64,000 bases of DNA from Podarcis erhardii. Lineage: Eukaryota. Below, in pieces: positions 11,298 through 23,059 of the stretch. The DNA lies in NCBI GenBank assembly GCA_964252035.1, contig OZ176204.1; one strand, given 5' to 3'. The notes below the pieces were generated by a model. The model searched no databases and was not told the origin of the DNA. It was given only the letters and a program-made list of their open reading frames with translations. A program made the position numbers and the translations under genes. The first letter of the stretch is position 1; each line of letters starts with the position of its first letter.

Positions 11298-14200
11298 AAC
11301 CCATGAAGCTATTAGGACTCCAGTTTCATTCAGCTTGTTTACCTTTATCTGTGAGCGAATAATTGTGTGAACTTTATTACCTAGCATACAAAGGCATTTG
11401 GTTTGGTTTCAATAGGTCTGAATAAATTTAAGCTGGCGCAGCCTATTAAGTACTATAACTGAATTACAGAGCTGTATTTTATTCTCCTGCAGCTCAAGTG
11501 TGGCGCTTGGGGATCGCAGGCTCTCGTAAGACAAATTTGTTGCACTTACCGATGAGCTTTCCTCTTCCAATGATGTCCTTGGGTTATGCCTTCAGGAATA
11601 CAATATGGAATAGATTGAGTTAGGGAGAAATCATTTGTGGAAGAGTGAAAGTTCCTGTTTTTATCTCCAAGGGAGAAACTAGATAACTTGCTCACCACAA
11701 AGGGCCATGAGGGAAATGGGAGTGTGAAGGCTGTAGGTAATTTACATATTTAATTGTATGGAATTTATTTTACCTATTTTTATAAGGTGATTTGTCAGGT
11801 TCCAATTTATCAGGTGGCTCTCAACATTTAAGGATGGAAGTAAACATTAATATACTTATACCTTTCATGATTCTGGCAGCCGCATGACTCAAGTGTCAAG
11901 AGCATGTTGCCACTGTTTTTACAAATGTCTTTATTCTGAAATTATTCTCCCGAGATGCAGGAGAATCGAGCCATGCTCCACAAGGGGGCAGTCAACCTTG
12001 TGCACAGCTCACAGTTAATGCATTCTGCAAAAGGGCTGCAAAGGTCTCAGGAGAAGTTTGGGCAGACTTGTAAAGAGTTTTATTGCGCAGAGTTATTTAT
12101 TCAGTCTTATATACAAAGTCAGGTCAATGCTTACCTAGCCAAGTTACTGGTTATTCTGGCTGGCCTCCGCCAGTCTCCTTACTAACCCTGGTGACCTGAG
12201 ATTGTGCCAGGGGCGGCATGGATGCAAGGCAGATGCTGTGCCAGCGAGCTATGCCCTCTCACAACCAGCTATGCCATGGCAAAGGTCTTTTTATGGTCCC
12301 CAACCATTTTCCTTGGAAGTGATTACTGTTGATTTCAGTGGGACATCCCAGTAAAAATGTGCTTACGGTTGCAGCCTTAAATTTCCTAAACACCCTTGCC
12401 AGCCACCCTTCTAAATATCTGCGGAAGAGTTCAAAAGACAGTGGGGCATATAGATCTCTATTTCAAAGTGGCTGCATAAAGGTAACATGCACACTCAGCG
12501 AACACCATATGTAGTAATAGATAATAAAGAGGAGATTGAGATCTGGCAGCTATCAGCAAGATACACTGAGCCGAGTGCTGTATAGAAAATGTGGCCAAGA
12601 AGAGGCCGTCTTAATTTCCATGGTTTGTGCCTTGGTCCAGCGCTTTGTGCCTTCCAGCTACCACACAACCCAAATAGCCCAATCCATGCAAATCCCTATT
12701 GACGTGATTCCAAGAAGACTGAATAAGAACTCTGGGAGACATGCTGATCATTGATGATGTAAACTGTGGATATGTGCAAAACTTTTCTAGCATAATCTAA
12801 GCCAGAACCAATCTCTTTCCCGGCTCCCCAAAATCAACGTTATTCATTGGTCACAGTGGCAATTTTCCATTGTATTTCCCACGGTGGTGAATTTCTGCAA
12901 ATGAGGCTTGCCCCTGGAAATACAATAAGAGTCATTTGTCATTTTGTTAAGGAATGGCCACATCCAAAAATATGCAGCCTGAATCAATGCATGCTTACTT
13001 AGGAGGAAGTCCAGCAGAAGTAAATGGAATTGACTGCCAAGTAATTCACGTAAAATGGGTACACTGTAGGAGTCTGTTGGCTATTTGATGTCCTTGAACA
13101 TATTGACATCACTGCTATTAAGGAATGAACATGATATTTTCATATATTTTGTTTCAGTTATTACCTCATTTGTCATACAGAACACGTTGCCTTGACATTA
13201 ATTTTCTTTCATTTAGTTATTTCCCACCTTGATTTACTGGGTATATTTAAGCTGTCCATGTTTATTGATGTTTTTATTGAACTGTATGAAAAATAAGACT
13301 GGACATAGATGGAGGGAGTTGTACTTTTAAGTTTCCTGATCAAGGGACCCAAATCTTTTGTTTTGTTTTTTGGAGATGGAACAGTATGTAAATCTTAGTT
13401 GCAAAAACTGTAATTTTTTTTGGTCTACAATTAAAAACACATGTGATGGAATATGAACTTCAAATGAGAAATACTTTAACTTTCCAGGTAATGAAATTGG
13501 TAAACCCCACTCTGCATGCCAGACAGACAGTGTGTGTTGTGTGGAGGTGGGTTATTTGATAAGAGATTAGAAGGTGTTCTGTGTTTCATGGGTTACACCA
13601 CTGATTTATTTTTTTTAAAAAAAAAATGCCTTTCCCCACAAAACTAGCACATGTAAAATGCTATTCCTAATACTGAACCATCTAAAAAGAGTAATAAGGA
13701 TATATTTTTAAATATATGAAAGAGAGAGTGTTTAATTGCAGCTTTGCACTTCAATCCAACATATGTATCAAATTATATCACACTGGTTTCAGTTGTACTG
13801 ACCTCGTGTAAACAGGTTTGGGCTGGGATACTAAACATGGGAGACATATTTTCAAATCCTCACTCTAAAATGAAGGATCGTGAGGGCAGCACCTCCCTTT
13901 TTCGAATGGGAATAACAGTGACCTTCTTCACAGCTTTAATAAGCTCCAAACAGATCGATAAGCTGCTCACTAGAGTTACCAGTTTGAAATCTCATGCTAG
14001 AGCTTCACAAATCTCAGGTTTTGGTCTGAGCTTATAGTGGGCTGGGAAGAAAGACTCCCAGTTTGTGTGAATATACATGGATACGTACGGGCTGAGATTA
14101 AATCATTTACTTACAACAAACTATCTGACAACATTTATATAAACCAGTCCTTGAATATATTTTTCAGTGAGGCTAATTGGGTCCCTCCTGAACTGATGTA

Positions 14201-15395
14201 TGCCCCCTAAAAGAATCTCTCAGTTTTAAAGGCCTTTAGTAGTATCTGCACATACAATTTTTTTAAAAAAGTTATTTTCCATAATCATGAGGACTAGAAA
14301 TTTCCTTTCAAAATAAATCTAAAGACATTATTTTTGCCTTGTGGGTCATGAATGCAGTCATGCAGATTTTCTGTTTCCTTTATACTCTGACCTTAATTAA
14401 TATACCCTGCTCCCTGTCCAATTTTAACAAGAGCAGTTCATGCCTCACCCCAGGACACTGAAACTGAATACTTCGTTGATGGAAACACTGCTCCAGTTCT
14501 GAGCATATGAGGGACGTTTTCCTGCTACGTTATGTAGTCATCAAAGGTCTCTTTTACATAGCAACCATTTTAAAAAGTATATCCAAAATGGATCATGCAA
14601 CTCTTATCTTCTCTAACAAGAGTGTTTATTACATGCAATCACCCCAAGTGGTTGAATTACAAAACCATTACAAAGCAGCATGGCTAGCTAATAAATTTAT
14701 TTTTTTAAAAACTGATATCAGCAATGCATAATGGAGGCTTGACATTCAGTTAGTTTGATTTTATGGAAGGTTTGTATACAAAAGAAAACCCAGAATTGTG
14801 TCACTTTTCTCCCAAATAAATAAATAAACCTTGCTAGAATTGACATTCTATTCTATTTCCTTTGCTTGGTAGCCCAGTAAACCTAAATCAGGTTGGACAA
14901 AGAGTGTTCGTCACCGGACCTATTGTCACAAATATTCCAAATAGAGTGGCTGGATTGTTTGGGGGCAGTGTTAGAAACTGAGATATGAAAGCTAGGAGCT
15001 AAACGGCACCTTAAACCTAGGTTATAGGCGCACTTTTTTATAACAAGAATATAAAGCTGAAAATGAATGAGCTGCAGCTAAAATTTTACGTTCATTTTTG
15101 AGGCCGCCGGGAGCGAAACGCTACCTTTCCAGAAGACCAGCTGAGAGGCAGAACCTATCGGCTTGCCTGACGCTGCAGTGATCTCTTGGAAGTTAATCTG
15201 AAATCTTAGGCGCAGTACCGTGCCCAGAACTCAAAAACTCCTAATGTTTATGAAATTCCCTGTTGTAAAACACACCCCGTCTGTTCAGTGACACTGTGTC
15301 CTTGTTACAGATAGGTAGCCGTGTTGGTCTGCCATAGTCAAAACAAAACAAATTCCTTCCAGTAGCACCTTAAAGACCAACTAAGTCAGTTCTTG

Positions 15396-15433
15396 GTATG
15401 AGCTTTCGTGTGCATGCACACTTCTTCAGATAC
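15396..15433 (-). ncRNA. Mirror copy of the minimal hammerhead motif on the antisense strand
   Basis: Exact reverse complement of 15466-15503 within the left arm. Confidence 0.7.
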
Positions 15434-15465
15434 ACAGAAGTATCTGAAGAATACTTCAGATATGT

Positions 15466-15503
15466 GTATCTGAAGAAGTGTGCATGCACACGAAAGCTCA
15501 TAC
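15466..15503 (+). ncRNA. Minimal type-I hammerhead ribozyme motif (Penelope-type), sense to ARID5B
   Basis: Stem I GUAU/AUAC; core CUGAAGA 15470-15476 plus extra A; stem II GUGUG-CAUG-CACAC; GAA 15492-15494; palindromic stem III AGCU; predicted cleavage after C15499. Activity not shown. Confidence 0.7.
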
Positions 15504-16047
15504 CAAGAACTGACTTAGTTGGTCTTTAAGGTGCTACTGGAAGGAATTTGTTTTGTTTTGACTGTGTCCTTGGTCACGCAAATACATGTATCCCACCCAA
15601 ACATCTTTCTTAAGATCTTGAGCCGAGTCATGACACGTGCTAACATAGGAGCCAACTCCTAGAGGCCAATATCCCTTCAGCCACCCCAAAAAAACCCAAC
15701 ACACACATTTGAGAGGGTCAGTCCCCCCCCCCAGTTTATAGGCATTGCCATTCAAATGGAGTGTGTGTGTCGAGTCTTTTGATCAGTTATGTGGGGTGGG
15801 GCTTATCTGCCCTCTGCCTAATATTTTATTCAAGTTTGCATGCTATTATTAAGGGGAGGGAAACAGCAATAGAGCACAGACTCCACCCTGGTTGAAAATC
15901 AAGGGTTTGTAATATTTACTACAAAATATAAAAGTGGTTAATAGGTATCTACCACTATACATGTGGCAGAGAGACAGACCCCACCTTGTCTGGACTTAAC
16001 AGCTCGCTTGAACAATTGTATGGAGACAGGCGGACGAAATGACTGTA

Positions 16048-16289
16048 CAGTGGTGCCTCGGATTAAGTACTTAATTCGTTCCGGAGGTCCGTACTTAACC
16101 TGAAACTGTTCTTAACCTGCAGCACCACTTTAGCTAATGGGGCCTCCTGTTGCTGCCGTGCCGCCGGAGCACAATTTCTGTTCTCATTCTGAAGCAAAGT
16201 TCTTAACCTGAAGCACTATTTCTGGGTTAGCGGAGTCTTTAACCTGAAGCGTATGTAACCTGAAGCGTATGTAACCCGAGGTACCACTG
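16048..16289. mobile_element. Tc1/mariner (Tigger/pogo-like) MITE, copy 2, inverted relative to 372-597
   Basis: TIRs CAGTGGTGCCTCGGATTA / TAACCCGAGGTACCACTG, TA flanks 16046-16047 and 16290-16291; its reverse complement aligns end to end with 372-597. Confidence 0.9.
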
Positions 16290-16702
16290 TATAAGGGAGG
16301 GGTAAGCAGCACTAGGGATCCGGCAGGCTGCAATGGAGACCTAGATACAACAGGGCAGACTCAAAAAGCAAATGGCATGAGGCTGGGCCAGGAAACCACA
16401 GAGCAGTAACTTAAAGAAGAGAAGACATGGCTTCATGTTCTCTTTAGGTTCTTGACTTGTCCAAAGAATTAAACAGACACAGAGTGGAGGCAAGAATGAG
16501 AGGCAAAGGAAGTAGGGAAATCGAGATGCAACAGTTTGGAAATATTGTACCTAAAACACAGAGAAAGAGCTTTAATGTTGATGTTGGCCTTCTGAGAAAG
16601 AGAGGGCGTGATGGAGCAGAAGGGGGTCATCTCTTAAATGGGAATGAAAGCTGGAGCAGGCAGTTTTCAAGATCTAATCTGGCACCTCCTCTTTTCTTCC
16701 AG

Positions 16703-16910
16703 GTAAAATGTGAGGCTAAATTGCCTTTGCACAAAACCAAAAATAACAACAGCAACAACTGTAAAAAGGGCTCAAGCGAGGATAAATCAAAGGTTTCTGT
16801 AGGTGAAGAATGCAGAGCGGATGAACAGGCATTCCTTGTGGCACTTTATAAATATATGAAAGAAAGAAAAACACCAATTGAACGAATACCCTACCTTGGT
16901 TTTAAGCAGA
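16703..16910 (+). CDS. ARID5B: ARID5B exon (human exon 6 equivalent), 208 nt; start of the ARID domain (ADEQAFLVALYKYMKERKTPIERIPYLGFKQ)
   Basis: cttttcttccag| acceptor, CAGA|GTAAGT donor; ARID/BRIGHT N-terminal helices recognisable. Confidence 0.96.
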
Positions 16911-19900
16911 GTAAGTAGAATTTTCATTGCATTTTTGGTTTGACATTTTAGAACAGTTTGGCTTCTGGGGTTGATCGGCTTGATAAGGTGGGACAACTTT
17001 GTGGACAGATATGGCCCTCTTTAGCTCTCTCTTTGCCTCTTCTTTTGCACTGTACGTTTACTATAAAACTAATTGTCAGAATCCAGAGCTTTATAGGCAC
17101 CCACCCTTTGAGCAGAAACCCCACCACCAATGCCATAAAGCAAATGACTTTTAAAAGTCTTCTCGGTTTTCAAAGTGGTTTGCCGTGTGGATTTGGGAGG
17201 GGGGGGACGATGCTATTTGAGAAACAGTATCCCAAAGCTCCCATAGGCACAACGAGTAGAGCTTTGTATGTCAGCCAGTAAAAACCTTAAAAAGGAAAAC
17301 ACATACGTACATACATGCACACTGGGACCTTTGAAACGAGAGTTGTTGTCCTAGTGTTTATATCCACCAATACATTTTTCCATCCCCCTATCTTGCAGTT
17401 TCTCTTCGTTTTGGGCAACTGCTGGTGGAAATTTACAGTTTTAAAATACACTGCTTGCGATCAGAACCTGGCATGTTTAAAAAGGTTCCTGCTCTCCCTC
17501 TCCTTTTGATAAATACTGCAGCTAATGTCTTCCCTTGAATTAATAATACGACATACTTTTATTGTACCCAGATGTTCCTTCGGGGGGGGGGAATCCCACA
17601 GATATAAAAGGAAGGCATCTAAAGGTGGCCAGAAAGTAGGTGAAGGAGGTCACAGAGTATAAAAATAGACAGGATCTGTTTAAAGACATCATAGCACAAT
17701 GCTAAGGATTGCTTTGGAAAGAGCACTTTTTGAGTCAGTGCTTATAAAAGCAACAATTGATAGAGAACATGCAACTGTAATTAAATTTTGCATAAACATT
17801 CTATAGCATGGAAGAATGAACATCACAAACGATGAAAGGTGTGCTTTTAATAGCCTATAAGGTATCTAAATTATTATAAAGGGAGGAATGCCTTACATGG
17901 AAATATGACTTTCTCAAACCTATCTTCCCAGATTAAATGTGTATGTTATTTTGATGAAGAATGTCAAACCTCTGTGTTTTACATAACAATTTACATACCT
18001 AATAGCAATTGACACTGATTGCAACAGACCTCTAGCAGTCATTATAAACTTATATAACTCCAAAATGATTACAATGTTTGCCTGAAAAACCGGCTGCTTG
18101 AAATAGAAGTAAAATTAATGTACTATGAACAGCTTTGTTGCATTATGCATTTGATTCTGATTAAATCAAGGCCCGAGCAAAGCTCTTGATAGCTCAGGGA
18201 GAGTGCAAGGTTCAGTGAAGCTTTTTATTTAGAACATTTTGAGATGTAGTGTGTGCATGTGTGCGTGTGTGCGTGTGTGTGTAATGTTAATTCCCCCCCC
18301 CTCCTTAATTGTCACTAACAAAGAGGCACATTTTTAAAAGCAGGTATTTATTGGATCTCAATTTCCCAGCGTTGCCATGAGATCATTCTGCAAAATGTAG
18401 CTGAGTTAAACTGGCTTGTTTGATATTCAGCAATGTGCCTCATGTTTCCTCAGAGCAAGATTACTCAGGAGTAACTGAGCTGCTCATATAATGGCCAGGA
18501 GTACTCGCTGTGTTTGTCTACCTTGACATGTGTAAACACATGAGTAGGAAGAATCAGTTTAAATAATATAATTCCTCTGTTGCTGAATAAGTACAGGGAA
18601 TGTTCTTTGCTGTGCTGTGTGGTTCAATAATGAGTACTACTCCATGGGGAACACCCATAATTTTTGTAATATTTTGGAGGCAATTCATACAGCACCATTA
18701 TGAGAAGCTCTTTGATGGGGTAAAGGGAGCAAAAAAAAAATGCAGTCAAACCTATTTTACTGCATTCTGTAGTTCTCTCATTACAGAGGATTCTAAAAGT
18801 GTTTGGCCCCTAACCCTTTAAACTTAAAAGGAAACCTTTATTAAAAGAGACAATTGGATTAAAGTGCAGATATACGGACAATTTAAAAATAATCATGATC
18901 ATATAGGGAGGTATAATCACATCAAAATATATTTATTTATGTCTATCTCTCTAGCTAAGCTCTTTGACATGATTTCAATAGCCAACAAATGGCATCCACT
19001 TCATATGGAATGATGGAATTTGCATCCTTCCTTAGCTCCAATGTTAAAGATATTCATTTTTGTCAGCTCTGTAGTGGACCAAGCTTTAGCTAGGCATTCT
19101 GAAATGTCCACAAGCATCGGTATTTTGGATGCTTGAGGCTGTTTGTGCCAGTGTAAAACAAAATTCTGCAAACCATCCCATCTAACCATGTCAGTCAAAT
19201 TTGATCCATTAGAGACTTAGTTCAGCATCAAGCAACAGCAGGGATGGTTTGAAACAACCAGTGCAGAGACAGTTGTGCATTTTATGCTAGTTGCAAAATA
19301 GGGATGATAGCAGGAAACAGGCAACACACTCCTGGTGGCAGATGGTATGTACAAGACACCCATGCCTGGGATCTGGACCATGGGACTATAAATGTTCCCA
19401 CCAGTGGAAGTTCCCCATAGGGCTTCCCCTACTTTCAAGAGTTTCATAGACGAGTGCAGGGGCAGCATGACTTTGCAAGGAACATGCCTGGCTATTGGGG
19501 AGTGCTAACACTTTTGGGAGGTCCATGTAAGACAGTGCATGATCTGTGAGATGTGCACCAAGACCTCTTGAGATGGATTAGACTCTGAGAAAGCTGGGGT
19601 GCAGTTGTATGGGAGATACGGTTGCTCTGGGTGCATCTTGATATTCCTCACCCTGCAGGCTACATTCATGACGAAATGAGCTGCTCCACTTGTAGAAGCT
19701 TGTTTCCTCATGTGGAAGAGGATCTCTGGATCCCAGCCAATGTCTCTTATCTGAGTGGCAGTAAATACTTGTTTAATCAAGGACTGCTTTGTGTATGCAC
19801 TCCAGTTTCCTGCTACATTAACTAAATGACATTTTAAAAATAATGCTCTTTCTAATAACTATGTTAGTTTTATATAGGAACATATAATGCAAAGCTTATT

Positions 19901-20254
19901 TCGTGTGTTTTGTTTTTTATGCTGTTTGTTTTATATCCTGGAAGTGAATTTAAGCTCAGTTAAAAAAAAAAATTCTTTTATATCTGTAACTGTATCTCAG
20001 AGAAATGTTTTCCCTTGTGATTTTAAGAAAGGAATGGTATATGTGCAAAGCCAATGTTTACTCTTTGAATTATGTAAATGTCATTTGCAGATTGTTTGTG
20101 TTTCTCCCCCCCCCAAAAAAAAACCTTTTTGTGTGCGTAGATGTGATTGTTATCTTCTTGCTTCACTGTGAAAGAAAAACTGTTTGATTTGCATCTCTTT
20201 GAAAAAAGTTGGTTAATGCAATGCTTATCTAAATACTTATTGTCCCTCTAACAG

Positions 20255-20307
20255 TTAACCTTTGGACTATGTTTCAAGCTGCTCAAAAACTGGGAGGATA
20301 TGAAACA
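20255..20307 (+). CDS. ARID5B: ARID5B exon (human exon 7 equivalent), 53 nt: INLWTMFQAAQKLGGYET
   Basis: ctctaacag| acceptor, ACA|GTAAGT donor; not in the ORF track but in phase with both neighbours. Confidence 0.95.
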
Positions 20308-20386
20308 GTAAGTGTTTAAGTAACTTAAATGGAAAAAAAATGTGTAATCTAGCTTTCCCCTGTTTGGGGTGGTGTTTCTTTTTCTC

Positions 20387-20419
20387 AAACACACACACAC
20401 ACACAGGAAATAACAATGT

Positions 20420-20460
<41 letters not shown>
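20387..20460. repeat. Two adjacent (AC)n microsatellites
   Basis: Visible arrays ~20387-20404 and ~20423-20460. Confidence 0.9.
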
Positions 20461-20462
<2 letters not shown>

Positions 20463-22907
20463 CACAGTGGGGTTATTGGGTCCTTTTTTAGAAAAAGCCC
20501 CAATTAGTTCCAGGTTTGGCAAAACTGTAAACTTGTTGAAGAAGGAAAAAAAACACTTCTTGAGTGGAAAACATGTGTAACTCTTCCCTGTCAAGGAAAT
20601 TGGTTGGGTCTGTAATTTTTTCCCATGTTGAGAAAGGGCTATTCTTGTACAACAAGCCAAGATTACATAAAATGAAATTTCACTTGGCATAGTCCCTGAC
20701 ATCTGTTCATGTTGGAATATGGGAAATGTATTAAATGCTTTCAAAAGTAATCAGCGTTGTCCATTAAGGAATAGCTTGGTGCAGTATCTTTCTTTACTGT
20801 GAATAGTAAAAGATCTTTATTAGACAAGGGTCAGTGCCACATAAACAGGAAGTTATCCAAAGTATAAAGGCAAGGGGGGAGGGAAGCGGAATACTCTGAC
20901 ACTTTTTATCAACTAACCATATCTGACATGGCCACTTTATTTTTAGCTCACAGGGAAATTTGATGGTTGTGGATTTTACAGCATGTATTCCAAACCAATA
21001 AAACGTTGGAGCAACAAACTGCGATTAAGATCTTGAAATGAGAAGAAAGAGCTGCTTTAATATGGCATATAAAGATGGCATCTGCAATAAAGCCCATTTG
21101 ACATAAGACGATCGTCATTGGGAATATTTCCCCAGCCCAAAATGCTCAGATTAGGTTGTGCATTTCCTGCCACAGTTGAATGCAAAAAACATATTTAAAT
21201 AGCTAGCTAGCTAGCTATATTTATTTGTTTTGCTTTGTTCACTGAGTATAAATCTGGGCTGCATCTATTCCATAATGAAGTAACAGAGAACACAAAAGCT
21301 GAAATTAATTTAAGCTGAAATGTAATCACTCTGGTATTTGTCCCATAGAACAAAGCCTGTTGTGTCATTTTAATGCCTGTGCAGTTAGCTAACATATCTG
21401 TGGTTGTGAAATAGTAATCACATACAGGTATTGGTAGCTTTAGTTGACTTTCTTTGGTTTGCATCTGATCTGAGTGCCTGATTCTGTGCTTGTTTACTTG
21501 GGAGTTAACCCAACTCTAATTTATTTAAATTTATTCACTACATTGGGTACACCAAATAGCTGTTGTTCTCTGAGCTATGTACAGAAAACATCAAAAACTA
21601 AATATACTAAAACAACAATAATAAAATTAAAGCAGAACTTCTTATTTAAGCACTAAGGAAGGCTTTAAAAAGTCTTGCCAATCAGCTGATAATACAAGCA
21701 TTAAAATTATTCTTTGAGTTTTGCTTTGAAGTAAGGATGTATATGATTCCAATGTGCTAACCTTTGGAAAGTTCGGCTTCTGCTACAGTTTTTGGTGTTC
21801 AAAGGCTTTATTCATGCAGGAACTATTTACAGTAGAGATGAGAGAGAATAGAAGACATATTTTCTCAATAAGTTGGGAGAGAGAAAAATGGCTCAGCTTT
21901 TAGGGTTGGAGTTAACTTAGACAAGAGAGTTACAAACAAGTGCTGGCTAGATTGCTAGAGAAGCAGTGCTCTCTTGTGGTTTAAAGTAACATATGCATTA
22001 GCTAGAAGATCATAAGAAGGAAATTTTATTTGCTTTTCTCCAACACTTTTGGGCAAATGCTATTAGAAAGTGAAATTAGGCAAGTTTGTTAAGTTGGAGC
22101 CATCAAGTTAATGACACGCCTTAAATCTTGGCCCTTACATTGTTCCAGATTTTATATTCAAATAAGTGGGTAGTTTACACACAAAAAACCGCAGCAAAGT
22201 AAGATAAAATATGGAGTAGTGACAAAGAGAAGTCAAGATAGCCTTTGAAGTTATTTCTAACAATCTGGCCATTTGGGGTGCCATCTTATGTAATGTGTTC
22301 AATGCAACTTTCTCCCTGAAAGGATTTCTGCCTTAGTCAAACAAAAATTATTTGTATAAACCCTCTTCCCAGATGTTGCATAACTTGTTAACCTCTATCA
22401 TTCTTATCAAATGTAAAACTATAGTTTTCTCCTTAAATGCCACATTCATTGTATTTTTCACACCATATTACAACCTTTGAGCCATTCTTCTTTCCAGTAG
22501 AGTGAAACTTACAAATTGAGATTTCATAATGCGCAGGATTTAGCAGTTCTGATTTAAGCTTTCATCACTTTGACCAAACTAAGCTTAAGGGGCTGTCTGC
22601 CCAGCCAGCAAGCAGTTCATGTTCTGCTGCAAACAATTCAACTAAAGCAGGCACACGAGAAAGCTTCCCTGATCTGAGCAGGAATGATGAGGCAGAGGAT
22701 ACAGGGTGCTGATACTAGCACCACTCCTGCATATACACAGATTGAACAAGATTCTGATGCCCATATTTTCCCTTCTGTTTTGCGGCACTCCTGCTGTCAG
22801 CAACAGCTTTTTAGTGGGGCAGAAGGGGTTCCTAGTTTGAAAGGGTCCTCTGAAGACCTAGTGCATGTGCAGCCCGTTAGTTTCCAGCATAATTCAGATA
22901 AGAATGC

Positions 22908-23004
22908 ACCTGATAGAGATCCAAGTGGCAGATTTGCATTGGTACTCATATACTTGGACCTGATAGAGATCCAAGTGGCAGATTTGCATTGGTACTCATA
23001 TACT
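22908..23004. repeat. 47-bp perfect tandem duplication (period 50)
   Basis: ACCTGATAGAGATCCAAGTGGCAGATTTGCATTGGTACTCATATACT at 22908-22954 and 22958-23004. Confidence 0.9.
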
Positions 23005-23059
23005 CCTAATTCACACCCCACGTTTGTTTGTTTGTTTGTTTGTTTGTTTGTTTGATATA

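Larger units (their letters stand above)
15305..15560. mobile_element. Penelope-like retroelement-derived fold-back element (inverted pseudo-LTR pair)
   Basis: Perfect 101-bp inverted repeat (15336-15436 / 15463-15563), 12-bp TSD ACTGTGTCCTTG (15293-15304 / 15561-15572; its first 3 nt also complete the right arm). Motifs GGTAGCCGTGTTGGTCTG, GCACCTTAAAGACCAAC and CTGAAGAAG...CGAAAGCTCATAC resemble vertebrate Penelope pLTRs. Confidence 0.85.

Noticed and set aside
19190-19820. Possible decayed LINE or retrocopy
   Set aside because: Composition differs from the flanks, but I could not recognise RT, endonuclease or other protein motifs in any frame.
20241-20254. U12-type branch site before exon 7 (CCCTCTAACAG)
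   Set aside because: Does not match TCCTTAAC, and the upstream donor is canonical U2 GTAAGT.
22908-23004. Possible CRISPR-like repeat
   Set aside because: Only two copies with a 3-nt spacer in eukaryotic DNA, and no cas genes.
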